A DNA stretch of 64,000 nt, taken from IMG/VR virus record IMGVR_UViG_3300050120_000135, one strand, 5' to 3'. Both the position numbers and the translations under genes were made by a program. Numbering within the stretch: position 1 is the stretch's first letter; every line of letters starts with the position of its first letter. The DNA is from a virus. This document shows, in pieces, positions 50,909-60,437 of this stretch. The notes under the pieces are model-generated. The model searched no databases and was not told the origin of the DNA. It saw only the letters and a program-made list of their open reading frames with translations.

Positions 50909-52111
50909 TCCGAAACAGGCGATGCCCTTGCGCTCACACGCGATCAGCGAAGATCCGCTCCCCAAAAACAAATCCAGATAGGATTGCGCTTTGGGAGCAA
51001 TTGTCTCGATGACCCACTCGACCAATGCGACCGGCTTTTGTGTCGGATGGACTCGCTTCTCGCCGCGCTCCGAAGCCTTTATCAGGCCCGACCATTGATG
51101 ATGAAAGATGCGCGCTATCGCATCTTGATTGGTCCAGGCCAACTCGACATCAGCGAAGCTGCCGGTGTTCTGCTTGTCCCACACGAGCCAGCATCGAGAC
51201 GCCGGAAGTTCGTTCGCGAAATAGTTGCCGCCCCACAGCACAATCGCTGGGATTCCGATCTCCGACATTAAAGCAAAACTTCGGATGGCAGTCTCGGTCG
51301 TGTCATCGCCGATGATCGGCGCGTAAACCCCGGGCTTGATTATCGCGTTTCGCGCCGGAGCATGTACGGTCCTGCGCAGCGCGGGACCGAGGCGGGCCTG
51401 TCCGTGAACATTGCCCTTCTTACCGAATGCCTTCGGTCCACCGTCGGTGGACCGCTTGACGATGCTGATGCCATACGGCGCATCGCAATTAGCAAGCTGC
51501 GGCTTCTCACCATCCAGCAGATGCTTGACCTGATCGATGTCGAGACTATCGCCGCAAAGAATCCGATGTTGCCCGCACAACCAGATGTCGCCCAGCTTCG
51601 ATATCGCGACAGGCTGCGGTTCGATCTCCTCATCCGGATCAGATTGAGGAGCCGCCGCGCCGACTCCGAAGGTCGCAAGCCTGATGTCATCGAACCCGGT
51701 CAGGTGCAGCGGATAGTCCACCTTCGCGAGTTGCGTGAGGTTGATGCGAAGCAACGTCTGATCCCAGGTCGAATTTTGCGGGATTTGATTGTCCGCGATC
51801 ACGTAGGCGCGCTTCTGCGCGGCCGACCATCCTCTCGCCACCACCACCGGGACTTCGGTGATGCCAAGCTTCTCGGCCGCCGTAACGCGACCATGCCCGG
51901 CAATGATTCCGTTGTCCTCGTCGATTAGCACCGGGACTGTCCAGCCCCACTCCCGCATCGAGGCCGCGATCTCGGCAACCTGCGCATCCGAATGGAGTCG
52001 CGGGTTGTCGGGGTAGACTGTCAGGTCGGTGACAGCCCGGCGCTCGATCTTGTCCGCTGGCCATCGCTCTGACGGCTTGATAGGCTTAGTTTTTGCTTTA
52101 GGTGAAGCCAT
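50774..52111 (-). CDS. ParB-like nuclease domain fused to beta-class N6A/N4C DNA methyltransferase
   Basis: 445 aa from MASPKAK. ParB motif IIAGHGRVTAAEKLG. Motif IV is DAPYG and motif I is DLFLGSGSS (order IV then I). Confidence 0.85.
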   Translation of the reverse strand: MASPKAKTKPIKPSERWPADKIERRAVTDLTVYPDNPRLHSDAQVAEIAASMREWGWTVPVLIDEDNGIIAGHGRVTAAEKLGITEVPVVVARGWSAAQKRAYVIADNQIPQNSTWDQTLLRINLTQLAKVDYPLHLTGFDDIRLATFGVGAAAPQSDPDEEIEPQPVAISKLGDIWLCGQHRILCGDSLDIDQVKHLLDGEKPQLANCDAPYGISIVKRSTDGGPKAFGKKGNVHGQARLGPALRRTVHAPARNAIIKPGVYAPIIGDDTTETAIRSFALMSEIGIPAIVLWGGNYFANELPASRCWLVWDKQNTGSFADVELAWTNQDAIARIFHHQWSGLIKASERGEKRVHPTQKPVALVEWVIETIAPKAQSYLDLFLGSGSSLIACERKGIACFGSEMSPHYIDAAVRRWCKFTGKKAMLQGTKKTFEQVVKERSRKAA

Positions 52112-52760
52112 GAAAACCTGCGAATGCGGCTGCGGCGCCGAGGTGAATAACCGGTTTGTGGTCGGCCACAACGGCGGCAGACCGGGAGAACGAAAACCGC
52201 GCACCATCTTTATCTGCGAGCACTGCGGCGAGGAATTCCGAGTTCTGATGCACCCAAATAATCAGAGGAAAGCCTGTCGATTTTGCTCTCACAAATGTCG
52301 GGACAATTTTCGTCGCGCTCACAAGGGCGCCGAGCATCCCAATTACAAGCGCACCGAGATTAAGTGCTCAGTTTGCCCAACCAAATTTTGGGCAACAGCG
52401 ACGATGATAAAAAACAATGCGACGTGCTCAAAAGAATGCGGTCGCATCGCTCATGATCGCCAGCTAGTCGGTAAGCACCCCCAGCGAATAAAACCGGACT
52501 GGCGCAACGAGGCTAAAAAACGCGATGGGTTCAAGTGCCGCATCTGCGCGTTTTCTGAGGTCATTCACGTTCACCACATCCAACCGAAGCGGTCAGGCGG
52601 CAAACACGAACTCGCCAATCTGATAACACTTTGCCCTAACCACCATGCGATGGTGCACGCGGGCATGATAACTGCAGAACGGCTGGCTGCGGTGATCGCC
52701 ACGCCTTTGCCAGATCAGACCGAGATGCCACTTGGCCGGGTCATCAATTTCCGAAAATAG
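52110..52760 (+). CDS. HNH endonuclease with N-terminal Cys-rich repeats
   Basis: 216 aa. FKCRICAFSEVIHVHHIQPKRSGGKHELANLITLCPNHHAMVH. Lower GC than the flanks. Confidence 0.85.
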   Translation: MKTCECGCGAEVNNRFVVGHNGGRPGERKPRTIFICEHCGEEFRVLMHPNNQRKACRFCSHKCRDNFRRAHKGAEHPNYKRTEIKCSVCPTKFWATATMIKNNATCSKECGRIAHDRQLVGKHPQRIKPDWRNEAKKRDGFKCRICAFSEVIHVHHIQPKRSGGKHELANLITLCPNHHAMVHAGMITAERLAAVIATPLPDQTEMPLGRVINFRK

Positions 52761-52764
52761 TTGA

Positions 52765-52790
52765 AGCCCGCGCTTGCTCGGCGCGGGGCT
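52765..52790. terminator. hairpin between convergent genes
   Basis: AGCCCGCGC-TTGCTCG-GCGCGGGGCT with one bulge, followed by TTCC. Confidence 0.45.
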
Positions 52791-52818
52791 TTCCGGTCGG
52801 TCCTAGTCTGCCGGGGGG

Positions 52819-53235
52819 TCATGAATCGGCGGCCTGCTGTTGCGGCCGCAATCTGTTTTCGTCGTTGCGCGCGCCGGCGACGTCGCGGCGCTTGCCCATC
52901 AAACCGCACTTCTCGGCCCACTCGGCCAGGCGCCGGCGGACCTTGCGCACGAAGATTGAATCCGGAGCGTTATCGTGCTCGGATATGCCGTGCCTCTCGT
53001 GAAGGTGCCGCGCCATCCAGTCGGTGACCAGGCCAGTGAAGTCCTTCAGCATCGAGCCGTCGAGCTCGACCTTCTCCAGTCGCTCCTCGATTCTGGTCGA
53101 TCGCATCGACAGCGTCTTCGAGTCGGCGAACCCGCCCATGCGCTGCATTTGCGCAATCTGCCAATTCGCGTCTTTCAGTCCCTGCTCCAGCTTCGCTATA
53201 CGCTGGTCGGCGGTCGGCTGCTTCTCGTCGGACAT
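52819..53235 (-). CDS. hypothetical protein (138 aa)
   Basis: Internal ATG MSDEKQPTADQRIAKLEQ... of ORF 52819..53343. Confidence 0.55.
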   Translation of the reverse strand: MSDEKQPTADQRIAKLEQGLKDANWQIAQMQRMGGFADSKTLSMRSTRIEERLEKVELDGSMLKDFTGLVTDWMARHLHERHGISEHDNAPDSIFVRKVRRRLAEWAEKCGLMGKRRDVAGARNDENRLRPQQQAADS

Positions 53236-53370
53236 CGGGTTCCCAGGTACCAGAAAGCCCGACCACCGGGTCACGGTAGCCGGGCTCGCCGGAGGATGCA
53301 GACATGGTTCGGGCCACGGGGCTCGCCCGCGTATGGGTGTCACAGTTTGTCATCCCGTCAAGCCGAGCAC

Positions 53371-53420
53371 CGGGTACGAAAACGGGTACATTGACGGGTA
53401 CATGCCGGGTACACGGGTAC
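53371..53420. repeat. array of five direct CGGGTAC repeats next to an A/T-rich stretch
   Basis: Copies at 53371, 53383, 53395, 53406 and 53414. The A/T-rich segment spans about 53425-53500. Confidence 0.8.
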
Positions 53421-53575
53421 ATTCACTACAAAAAAGCGATGCAATTTGATGCAGTTAGCATTTTGTACGGAAATTTTTGCTTTTCGAGGCAACTTTGTGC
53501 TGTTCCGGTGGCGCTAGAAGGCCGATTGCCGCCGCAGGGCGCCTCGCCCATGCGTCGGCCGCGAGCCGCCGGTGG

Positions 53576-53998
53576 TCAGGAGCCCCGGAGAGCCGGGCGC
53601 ATTCTGGCGTGCGCCTGCACGACCTGCACCGCGGCCCATGTGTCGCCGGTCAGGCCCCACAGGACCAGGGCGAGCAGGAACGGATCGATGCCGAACCGGT
53701 TCCAGAACGCGAGCTCGCCGGCGTCCCGGCTGCCATGCTGCTCATCGTGGTGCGCCCGGCAGCCCGGCAAGGTCCAGCGATCGTCAGCCGTCTGCCCGGC
53801 GCCGGCCGGTTCCTTCCCGTGCAAAGCGGAACCGGCCCGGATATGCATCGGGTCGTCGGCCTGCACCACGATGCCGCGGACCATGCAGCAGACGCACGGC
53901 AGCTGCTTGATGAAGTCCAGGTGCCGGCGGTTCTCGACGCGTGGCGTCTTGAAGGGTTTGAGCCGATGGCCGCCTTCGGGGACTATTCTTGATGCCAT
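53576..53998 (-). CDS. DUF968/Ref-like HNH-family nuclease
   Basis: GAGGAG RBS before MASRIV. LPCVCC...PMHIR...TLPGCRAHHDEQH. Confidence 0.6.
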   Translation of the reverse strand: MASRIVPEGGHRLKPFKTPRVENRRHLDFIKQLPCVCCMVRGIVVQADDPMHIRAGSALHGKEPAGAGQTADDRWTLPGCRAHHDEQHGSRDAGELAFWNRFGIDPFLLALVLWGLTGDTWAAVQVVQAHARMRPALRGS

Positions 53999-54366
53999 GC
54001 CGGCTCCTCGTCCGCGAGGATCGACGACAGAGCGCGCGCGATATCGGCCGGGCAATGCTGGTGATCGCCCAACTTCTTAAGCCGGAGCTCCATCCTGATG
54101 TTCTTCTCCAGCGCGGCCTGCAGCCGCTTCGCGATCGACACGTCGACGCGTGCAACGCGACCGTCGGCCGGTTGCCAGTCGTGGATATCAGCCATGGCGA
54201 ACGTGCGCGCAGCGCCCTTACCGACGTCGTAGGCATCGAGCAGCCACTGGCGGTCTCGATGCCATTTGCTGTTGCTGAACCTTACCTGGTGCGGCTCGAT
54301 CTCGCGCAGCTGCCGCACGCCGGCGTGATTCGTGTAATCAATCTGAACTCGTATGTTGTCGGTCAT
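53983..54366 (-). CDS. WYL-like domain protein
   Basis: AGAGGA RBS upstream. REIEPHQVRF...QWLLDAYDVGKGAARTFAMADIHDW. Confidence 0.5.
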   Translation of the reverse strand: MTDNIRVQIDYTNHAGVRQLREIEPHQVRFSNSKWHRDRQWLLDAYDVGKGAARTFAMADIHDWQPADGRVARVDVSIAKRLQAALEKNIRMELRLKKLGDHQHCPADIARALSSILADEEPAWHQE

Positions 54367-54478
54367 CACCAAATCCTCTTGCAGTGACGACAAGCGTGGC
54401 AATCTTGCCAACCCGTACCGTCATCACGTCGATACGACCACCACGACGCACGGTGAAAAAGTCGACACCACCAAACCA

Positions 54479-54934
54479 TCAGAACGGGATCTCGTCTTCA
54501 GGATCACTGCCGCTGGTCGAGCTCGGCCGCTGGTTGCGGTTTGCTGGCGTACCGTAGTCGTCGGGGCTATCGCCACGAGGACCGCTCTCTGCCTTCGTGA
54601 GGCTCGTCAGCACGCCGCCGAAGTTCGCAATCACTACCTCGGTCGCGTAATGGTCCTGCCCTTCCTTGGTGTATTTGCGCGTCTTCTGCTTGCCTTCGAC
54701 ATAGACCTTGTTGCCCTTCTTCAGATATTTTTCGGCAAAGTCGACCAGCGCCTCGTTGAAGATTTTGACACGATGCCAGTCGGTGACTTCCTTGCGCTCG
54801 CCGGTCGCCTTGTCGCGCCAGCTTTCGCTGGTGGCGATCGACAGCGTGCAGAACTTGCCGTTCTGCCCGGTGATAATCTCCGGGTCCTGGCCGAGATTGC
54901 CGATTAGGATGACCTTGTTGACGCTGCCTGCCAT
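54479..54934 (-). CDS. ssb: single-stranded DNA-binding protein
   Basis: GGGGAG RBS upstream. MAGSVNKVILIGNLGQDPE...TDWHRV. Acidic tail DEDEIPF. Confidence 0.95.
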   Translation of the reverse strand: MAGSVNKVILIGNLGQDPEIITGQNGKFCTLSIATSESWRDKATGERKEVTDWHRVKIFNEALVDFAEKYLKKGNKVYVEGKQKTRKYTKEGQDHYATEVVIANFGGVLTSLTKAESGPRGDSPDDYGTPANRNQRPSSTSGSDPEDEIPF

Positions 54935-55197
54935 CAGTGAACTCCCCGCTGCTTGCATGGCAGCGTTATCATGATCGGGTCGTCAGCGCGGCCGGCGACG
55001 CTGACAAGCGCGGTGAAGTGACATCTCCTGCAGACAACCGAATAGGTGCCGACGCGCGGCGCCGGATACGGCAGATTCCACGTGCACGATTCCTGTCCAG
55101 GTTCGGCGACGCTCAGCTCGCGGCCGTTCGGCCATTTCGGGTTCGCCTTCTCGGTCGCGGTGTGACCGCTGTCGTTGAACTTAACGTCGATGGTCAT
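54934..55197 (-). CDS. hypothetical protein (87 aa)
   Basis: ORF track entry. Coupled on both sides. Confidence 0.55.
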   Translation of the reverse strand: MTIDVKFNDSGHTATEKANPKWPNGRELSVAEPGQESCTWNLPYPAPRVGTYSVVCRRCHFTALVSVAGRADDPIMITLPCKQRGVH

Positions 55198-56036
55198 GTC
55201 GGAGCCTTTCCGTCTTTGATGAGACCGGCCACGATCAGCTTCAGCGCATCCTTGCGGTCACGATAGAAGACCTGACGGTGCACGCCGATGTCGGTGCATT
55301 TCTTGCCTATCTTCGCGCCCCACGCTTTCCACATGGCGCCGAGATTGACGAAGCCGGCGAGATCCGGATGCTCGTTGCGTAGATATGCCAGCGACCAGGA
55401 TAACGCCTCCTCGGCGCGACGAACCTCGTCCTGCGATGGTACTCCCTTGAAGCGGTGCGCAATCGCGTTGCGCAGCGACTTGTTGCCGGCCTGTGCGACC
55501 AAGTCCGACATCTGCTTGATCGGTACCGGCATCGCGTTGCCGAACTCCCGCGGAAATACCCCGCCGACGCTCGATCGAAACAGGGTCGCGAACGCTTCCT
55601 CCAGCCGTGCTTCGACCAGATCCACGGTCCACTTCTCGCCAGTCACCCGAGATCGCCGCTCGAGTTCTTCATCGCGCTCGCGCAGCCGGCGCAGCCGCAC
55701 GCCCTCATCGACCGGCACCACGTTGCCGGTGAAACCCTCGTGCGCGTCAGCTTCAGCGCGCAGTGCCACCATCTTTGCGTCGATCACGGCGCCAACCGGC
55801 ACCTTCATATCGTCAGGCAGCGGCGCCATGACGTCCTCGTGATCTAGATCGGCATTCTCGCCGGTGACGGCGTCGATCGGCCAGTTGCGGCCATCCTTCA
55901 TGCGGTGACGTTGCCTTCGTCGAAACTTGCCGAGCTTCTTCATCTCCTCGGCGAGCTCCAGACGACGCCGCTTGCGGTCGGCCAGAATTTCTTTTGTCGC
56001 GTCCGTCGAACTTGCCACTCGGCTCAACCCCTGCAT
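55194..56036 (-). CDS. hypothetical protein (280 aa) downstream of primase-helicase
   Basis: AGGGGTG RBS before MQGLSRV. Confidence 0.55.
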   Translation of the reverse strand: MQGLSRVASSTDATKEILADRKRRRLELAEEMKKLGKFRRRQRHRMKDGRNWPIDAVTGENADLDHEDVMAPLPDDMKVPVGAVIDAKMVALRAEADAHEGFTGNVVPVDEGVRLRRLRERDEELERRSRVTGEKWTVDLVEARLEEAFATLFRSSVGGVFPREFGNAMPVPIKQMSDLVAQAGNKSLRNAIAHRFKGVPSQDEVRRAEEALSWSLAYLRNEHPDLAGFVNLGAMWKAWGAKIGKKCTDIGVHRQVFYRDRKDALKLIVAGLIKDGKAPT

Positions 56037-56046
56037 TTGCGCACCC

Positions 56047-58530
56047 CTAGAACGGCGGAAGATCGTCTTGTGACTCGCCCGGCGCCAGCAACATCGGCTG
56101 CTCCTTTTTCTTCTTCGGCGGCGCCGGCCACTGCAAGCCTCTACCATAAACCGGCCGTCCTGTCGGCCAAACGTAATGGATCATCTTAGGCTTCGAAATA
56201 TCGTCGTTGACAGCGTCGGGGTCCGGCATTTCCGCAATCGCGATCATGTTGTACTTGATGAGCTCCTCGCGGAACCTTCGAACGCGTTGCTTCAGCCGCG
56301 TGCGGTATTTTTCCAGCGATTCGTCCGCGTCCTGCGGATCGGTCTTTTTGTATTCGAGGCCGAGCTCGGTCCACTTGATGACGGTCGCAACCGACGCCGG
56401 AAGACCGAGCACAGGCGGCGGTGGCTTGCCAACATGCTCCATCGCTTTCAACAGCGCGCGGAACACGTCGACGTTGTTGCCCTTCAGCGCGAAGCCTGCA
56501 GGCCGCGGCTTGCCGGCTGCCTCGTCCGCGACTTCGCGCGGCACGTGGCCGGCAGGCTCGACCGATACCATTGACGTAATGTCGTCGCCGTCCTCGTCGA
56601 CTCCAATCTTGACCGACTGCAGAACGAATTCCCACGACGTGCGGTCGTCGCCCTCGCGCTGCTTGCTGATGCGGCCGCGGCGGATAACTCGACCATCCTC
56701 GTCGCGCTTCTCGACCGTGTGCTTGGTATCGGTGTAGACGCGCTCGATCAGGATTGCGGTCTCAATGTTGTTAAAGAACTGCTCGTTGCCGCGGTGGCGC
56801 CCTTCGGCGTTCGTGTGGCCGATGATGATCAGCGGTGCACCGGCGCGCTCCTTCACGACGTCGTAGTTCGACATAATCTTGTTCATGTCGTCGGACTTGA
56901 TCTCGCTCGAACCGCGCGTGGCGCTGTTGTGCGTATCGACCACGATGCCGGCCAGCGGGAGTCTAAACGACTCCGAGATATTCTTGATCTCTTCGGCCAG
57001 CGCGACGACGTTGTCCTCGCTCGCGAACAGGTTCGGCGGCCGGGTCAACCAGGCGAACGAGTGCAGATCTTCGATCTTCATCTCGTGATGGCGCAGATAC
57101 GCACGCAAGCGGTTCTCGAACCCGGTCGCGCCTTCATAGGTGAGATAGACATAACCGCCCGGGATGACCTTGCGGCCGGCGAACGGTTCGCCCTTCATGA
57201 CGTGCATCAGCATATCCAAGCACTCGAACGTCTTGCCCGATCGGCTCGGCCCCATCAGTAGCGCGTTATCGCTCATGGGCAGAATGCCCTTGATGCGCCA
57301 CGGATAGGCGCGCACGGCGCCGCCTAGATCGGTTGCGGTCTTCGCTCCGAACTTCGACACATACGGCGCCGGCGTCCATGGCTTCAGGCCGTCGACAATC
57401 TCCAGCAGCTGATCTTTCGTCCCACCGGCAACGTCGCGCCAGTCCTTGACGTCGCCCTTCACCGGACACGCCGGCCACACGTCGCGGAAGTTCAGAACCT
57501 GCACGAGCTCGACGCCGACGGCCTTTAACATCGGCGCGATCTTCGCCACGCGCTCGGCGCCGGCGCGATCGTTGTCGGCCAGGATGACGACATGCGCGGC
57601 ATTCCGGAAGAACTCGGCGCATGCCGGCGTGAAGTTCTTAGCGCCGCCGGAGTTGGTGACCGCGAGCAGCCCCCATTCCTTCAACACGTCGACCTTGGCT
57701 TCACCTTCTGGAATGAAGATGGTGCGCTGGTCTTCCTTCGGCTCCTGCAGTTCGTCGATCGCCGCGTTCGCGTTGTAGAGCCAATGCTCGACGTTGCCGA
57801 GCTGCTCGAACGTGCGCCGCGTGATGTTAGTCCACTTCAGCCGGTCTTCGGTGACGCGCAGCCACGGCGAATTGGCCGTCTTCAGGAATTCGAGCGGCGC
57901 GTGCGGCTCCTCGCGGTCGATGACGTCGAGGCCGAGAATCCAGTTGCCCTCGCCGTCAGGCCGGCGGTGCAGGAAGGTTTTCCATGGCTTGCCGTCCTTC
58001 GTTCGGAATGAACCGTCCGGCATGCGTTCCTGCATGCGCACGACCTGATAGAGCAGCGTGTTCTCCGGGTCGACGTAGTCCCACGCCTTTACGACTTCTC
58101 GCTTAGGGCGAACGCCTGCCACACCATCGTTAGGCCGATTGTCTCCAGGTGCCTGCGGACCCGGGTCTCCGCTTTCGTGATCTCTAGGGTCGGATGCCTG
58201 TGCATTTCCAGGTCGATCAGACGAAGCAGCAGGCCGTCGAGCTCCGTCTTTGAGGGAGATTCCTGCGCGGTGCGCGAGTTCCTCGACCGCTTCGACGAAG
58301 CTGCTGCAGCCGCCGTGCTCTTGCATGAAGTCGAAGATGTCGTGCGGCTTGCCGTCCCCGCCTTTTCCGAACTCGCACCAGAACTGCTTTTGATCGTTGA
58401 CCGTGAACGACTCGTTGTCCTTGACGACATATTCGGACCCCTTCCGGATCAACGGGAAAACCGAACCCACGACTTCGCTGACCTTGATGCGGTCCTTGAT
58501 CTCGTCAAGCTGGCGCTGCTCGAATGCCAT
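56047..58530 (-). CDS. bifunctional primase-helicase (Toprim + RecA/DnaB-like AAA_25)
   Basis: 827 aa. Toprim motifs IFIPEGEAKVD...VVILADNDRAG. Walker A GPSRSGKT. Confidence 0.9.
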   Translation of the reverse strand: MAFEQRQLDEIKDRIKVSEVVGSVFPLIRKGSEYVVKDNESFTVNDQKQFWCEFGKGGDGKPHDIFDFMQEHGGCSSFVEAVEELAHRAGISLKDGARRPAASSDRPGNAQASDPRDHESGDPGPQAPGDNRPNDGVAGVRPKREVVKAWDYVDPENTLLYQVVRMQERMPDGSFRTKDGKPWKTFLHRRPDGEGNWILGLDVIDREEPHAPLEFLKTANSPWLRVTEDRLKWTNITRRTFEQLGNVEHWLYNANAAIDELQEPKEDQRTIFIPEGEAKVDVLKEWGLLAVTNSGGAKNFTPACAEFFRNAAHVVILADNDRAGAERVAKIAPMLKAVGVELVQVLNFRDVWPACPVKGDVKDWRDVAGGTKDQLLEIVDGLKPWTPAPYVSKFGAKTATDLGGAVRAYPWRIKGILPMSDNALLMGPSRSGKTFECLDMLMHVMKGEPFAGRKVIPGGYVYLTYEGATGFENRLRAYLRHHEMKIEDLHSFAWLTRPPNLFASEDNVVALAEEIKNISESFRLPLAGIVVDTHNSATRGSSEIKSDDMNKIMSNYDVVKERAGAPLIIIGHTNAEGRHRGNEQFFNNIETAILIERVYTDTKHTVEKRDEDGRVIRRGRISKQREGDDRTSWEFVLQSVKIGVDEDGDDITSMVSVEPAGHVPREVADEAAGKPRPAGFALKGNNVDVFRALLKAMEHVGKPPPPVLGLPASVATVIKWTELGLEYKKTDPQDADESLEKYRTRLKQRVRRFREELIKYNMIAIAEMPDPDAVNDDISKPKMIHYVWPTGRPVYGRGLQWPAPPKKKKEQPMLLAPGESQDDLPPF

Positions 58531-59084
58531 CAGGCTGACAACCCTGTGAAGCGAGGACCGCCCGTGTGCTCACGATGCGGGAAATGATACCAAGCGGAAT
58601 TCTCATAGCCGCCGTTCGAACTACCGCCTTTGAACCAGACGACGCGGCCGAGACTGATGATGCGGCTGCACCGATCGACATACTCACAGGCCTGCTGCGT
58701 GTGCATCCAGTCTGCATCGAGCAGCAACCAGGTCGGCAGCAGCCCGGCCAAATGGTCGATCAACGGGTGCAGCACTTCGCGCGTCCACGGTGGATTCGTG
58801 ACGAACATTTGCGCGCCCGCCGATCGGCGCCATCGCTTGTCGAGCTCGTGCGCGTTGCGCTTTTCAATCCAGTCCCGCTGCTTGCGGCCCGGGTTGATAT
58901 CGCACGCGTAGACGCAGCGATGGCCGTACCACTTCATTGACGCCACCAAGTCGCCGTTGCCGGCGCACGGCTCGGCGAACGTGGTGCGCGCCGGCAGATA
59001 CGGCTGCAGCCGGCGGACCGGGTTAGGATCCGTCGTCAGGTACTTGTCCTGCTTAATGCGCGGCATATTCGAGCGTTTACCCAA
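58530..59084 (-). CDS. DNA N6-adenine methyltransferase-like (NPPW)
   Basis: 184 aa. Motif I is FAEPCAGNGDL and motif IV is FVTNPPW. Confidence 0.8.
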   Translation of the reverse strand: MGKRSNMPRIKQDKYLTTDPNPVRRLQPYLPARTTFAEPCAGNGDLVASMKWYGHRCVYACDINPGRKQRDWIEKRNAHELDKRWRRSAGAQMFVTNPPWTREVLHPLIDHLAGLLPTWLLLDADWMHTQQACEYVDRCSRIISLGRVVWFKGGSSNGGYENSAWYHFPHREHTGGPRFTGLSA

Positions 59085-60144
59085 CGTCGACTTCCTTCAT
59101 GAGAAGACCGAAGCCCGGGTAGAATCCGATCGACAGGCCAACGCCGGCCAAAGCGTCGTTCATGCCCAAGCACATTGCGCGCACCATCTGACGATTGTGT
59201 TCGGTGTTCGAGCTCATGACGTTTTCGGCGAGAAACCCTTCGCTGACGTGCCCCTTCCCCATCGCGGCGCGCAGCTTGCCGGCCAGCACATACTCGCGAG
59301 ACGACTGAAGCGTGCACTCGCGATCGCCGTGCTTGAACGTAGCCGTATGCGGACCGCGCGACGGCGGACCGAACTTCTTGCCCGGCGCCGGAGCGCGAGG
59401 GCCAGCTGTCGGCTTCACTGCCGGCATGGGCACACGCGACGGCTCATTCGGCAACACCGAGTCGATTTTTGCCTGCGCCTTCGAAACAAAATTGATCCCG
59501 TCGCGAGCGAGGCCCATGTCGTATAGGCATGCAATCCAGTGGTCCGGCATTCCTGACCAATACTTTTTGCGCAGCCAGTCGCGGATCTGCGGCGCCGATG
59601 CCCGGCCGTCGAGCGCGACAATCGCCTCGTGCGCCATCTCTTTGTTGGTCGGCAGCCCGGCCGGTCGGCCGACCTTCGAAGGCGCACCGCCGACGTTCTT
59701 CTTCAGGGGCGGCAGTGTGACCTTCGGCGTCGGCGGCTGGACAGGCGTTTCCCGGTCGGCGGTGTCGGTACCGGTCGGCTCCGCAGGCGCACCAGCGCCC
59801 GCCCCGCCGAGCGCAGCGACGTCTTCAGCGGATATAGAGACTTCGCTGGCGGTGCCATTGCCATTATCGACAAGCCCGACGAACTCGGACTTTGCGCGGT
59901 GATTTTGGTCGTGCGTGATGGGCTGCCGCGCAACTTTGTCCAGTTCAGCATGGGACGCCCGAACCGGCAGGAATGAAGATATGTCGATTTTTTCGACCGC
60001 CCCGTAGATCAGATTGATCGCGCTCTCGGCCGCGGCCAGCCAGAGCATGCGCTCGTCGAGCGGCCACGCTGTACCAGGCGCCGGCAGTCTATCGAGCAGC
60101 GCACGCATCAACGGGTCGACGATGGCAACCTCTTTTACACTCAC
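59077..60144 (-). CDS. hypothetical replication-module protein (355 aa)
   Basis: GTG start overlapping the upstream stop (GTGA). No confident family assignment. Confidence 0.5.
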   Translation of the reverse strand: MSVKEVAIVDPLMRALLDRLPAPGTAWPLDERMLWLAAAESAINLIYGAVEKIDISSFLPVRASHAELDKVARQPITHDQNHRAKSEFVGLVDNGNGTASEVSISAEDVAALGGAGAGAPAEPTGTDTADRETPVQPPTPKVTLPPLKKNVGGAPSKVGRPAGLPTNKEMAHEAIVALDGRASAPQIRDWLRKKYWSGMPDHWIACLYDMGLARDGINFVSKAQAKIDSVLPNEPSRVPMPAVKPTAGPRAPAPGKKFGPPSRGPHTATFKHGDRECTLQSSREYVLAGKLRAAMGKGHVSEGFLAENVMSSNTEHNRQMVRAMCLGMNDALAGVGLSIGFYPGFGLLMKEVDVG

Positions 60145-60437
60145 GATCGCTTTCCCTTCTTGTCGGCCTCGGCGATCTTCTTCAGTTCGAAGCGATCGGC
60201 CCACTCGACCAGTTCCTTCATGTATCGCATGGCGGCCAACTCCCGGCGCCAACCTTCAAGCATCAACTTCTCGCCGCAGTTCTTGCTGCTGCAGCTGACG
60301 ACCTCGTTCGTCTCCTCGTCACGCGCGCCGCATGTCGGCTCCAGGCAACTGATGGTCGCTCGCACATTCAACGACGCCAACCGATCGAGAATATAGCCGT
60401 AGGCAACTTCTCGCGGCCGATCAGTCGGGGATGTCAA
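60141..60437 (-). CDS. hypothetical Cys-containing protein (98 aa)
   Basis: ORF track entry. Confidence 0.55.
   Translation of the reverse strand: MTSPTDRPREVAYGYILDRLASLNVRATISCLEPTCGARDEETNEVVSCSSKNCGEKLMLEGWRRELAAMRYMKELVEWADRFELKKIAEADKKGKRS

Noticed and set aside
53304-54080. 258 aa plus-strand ORF spanning the CGGGTAC repeat array
   Set aside because: It runs through an A/T-rich non-coding tract and is antisense to two supported minus-strand genes. Its composition is non-coding-like.
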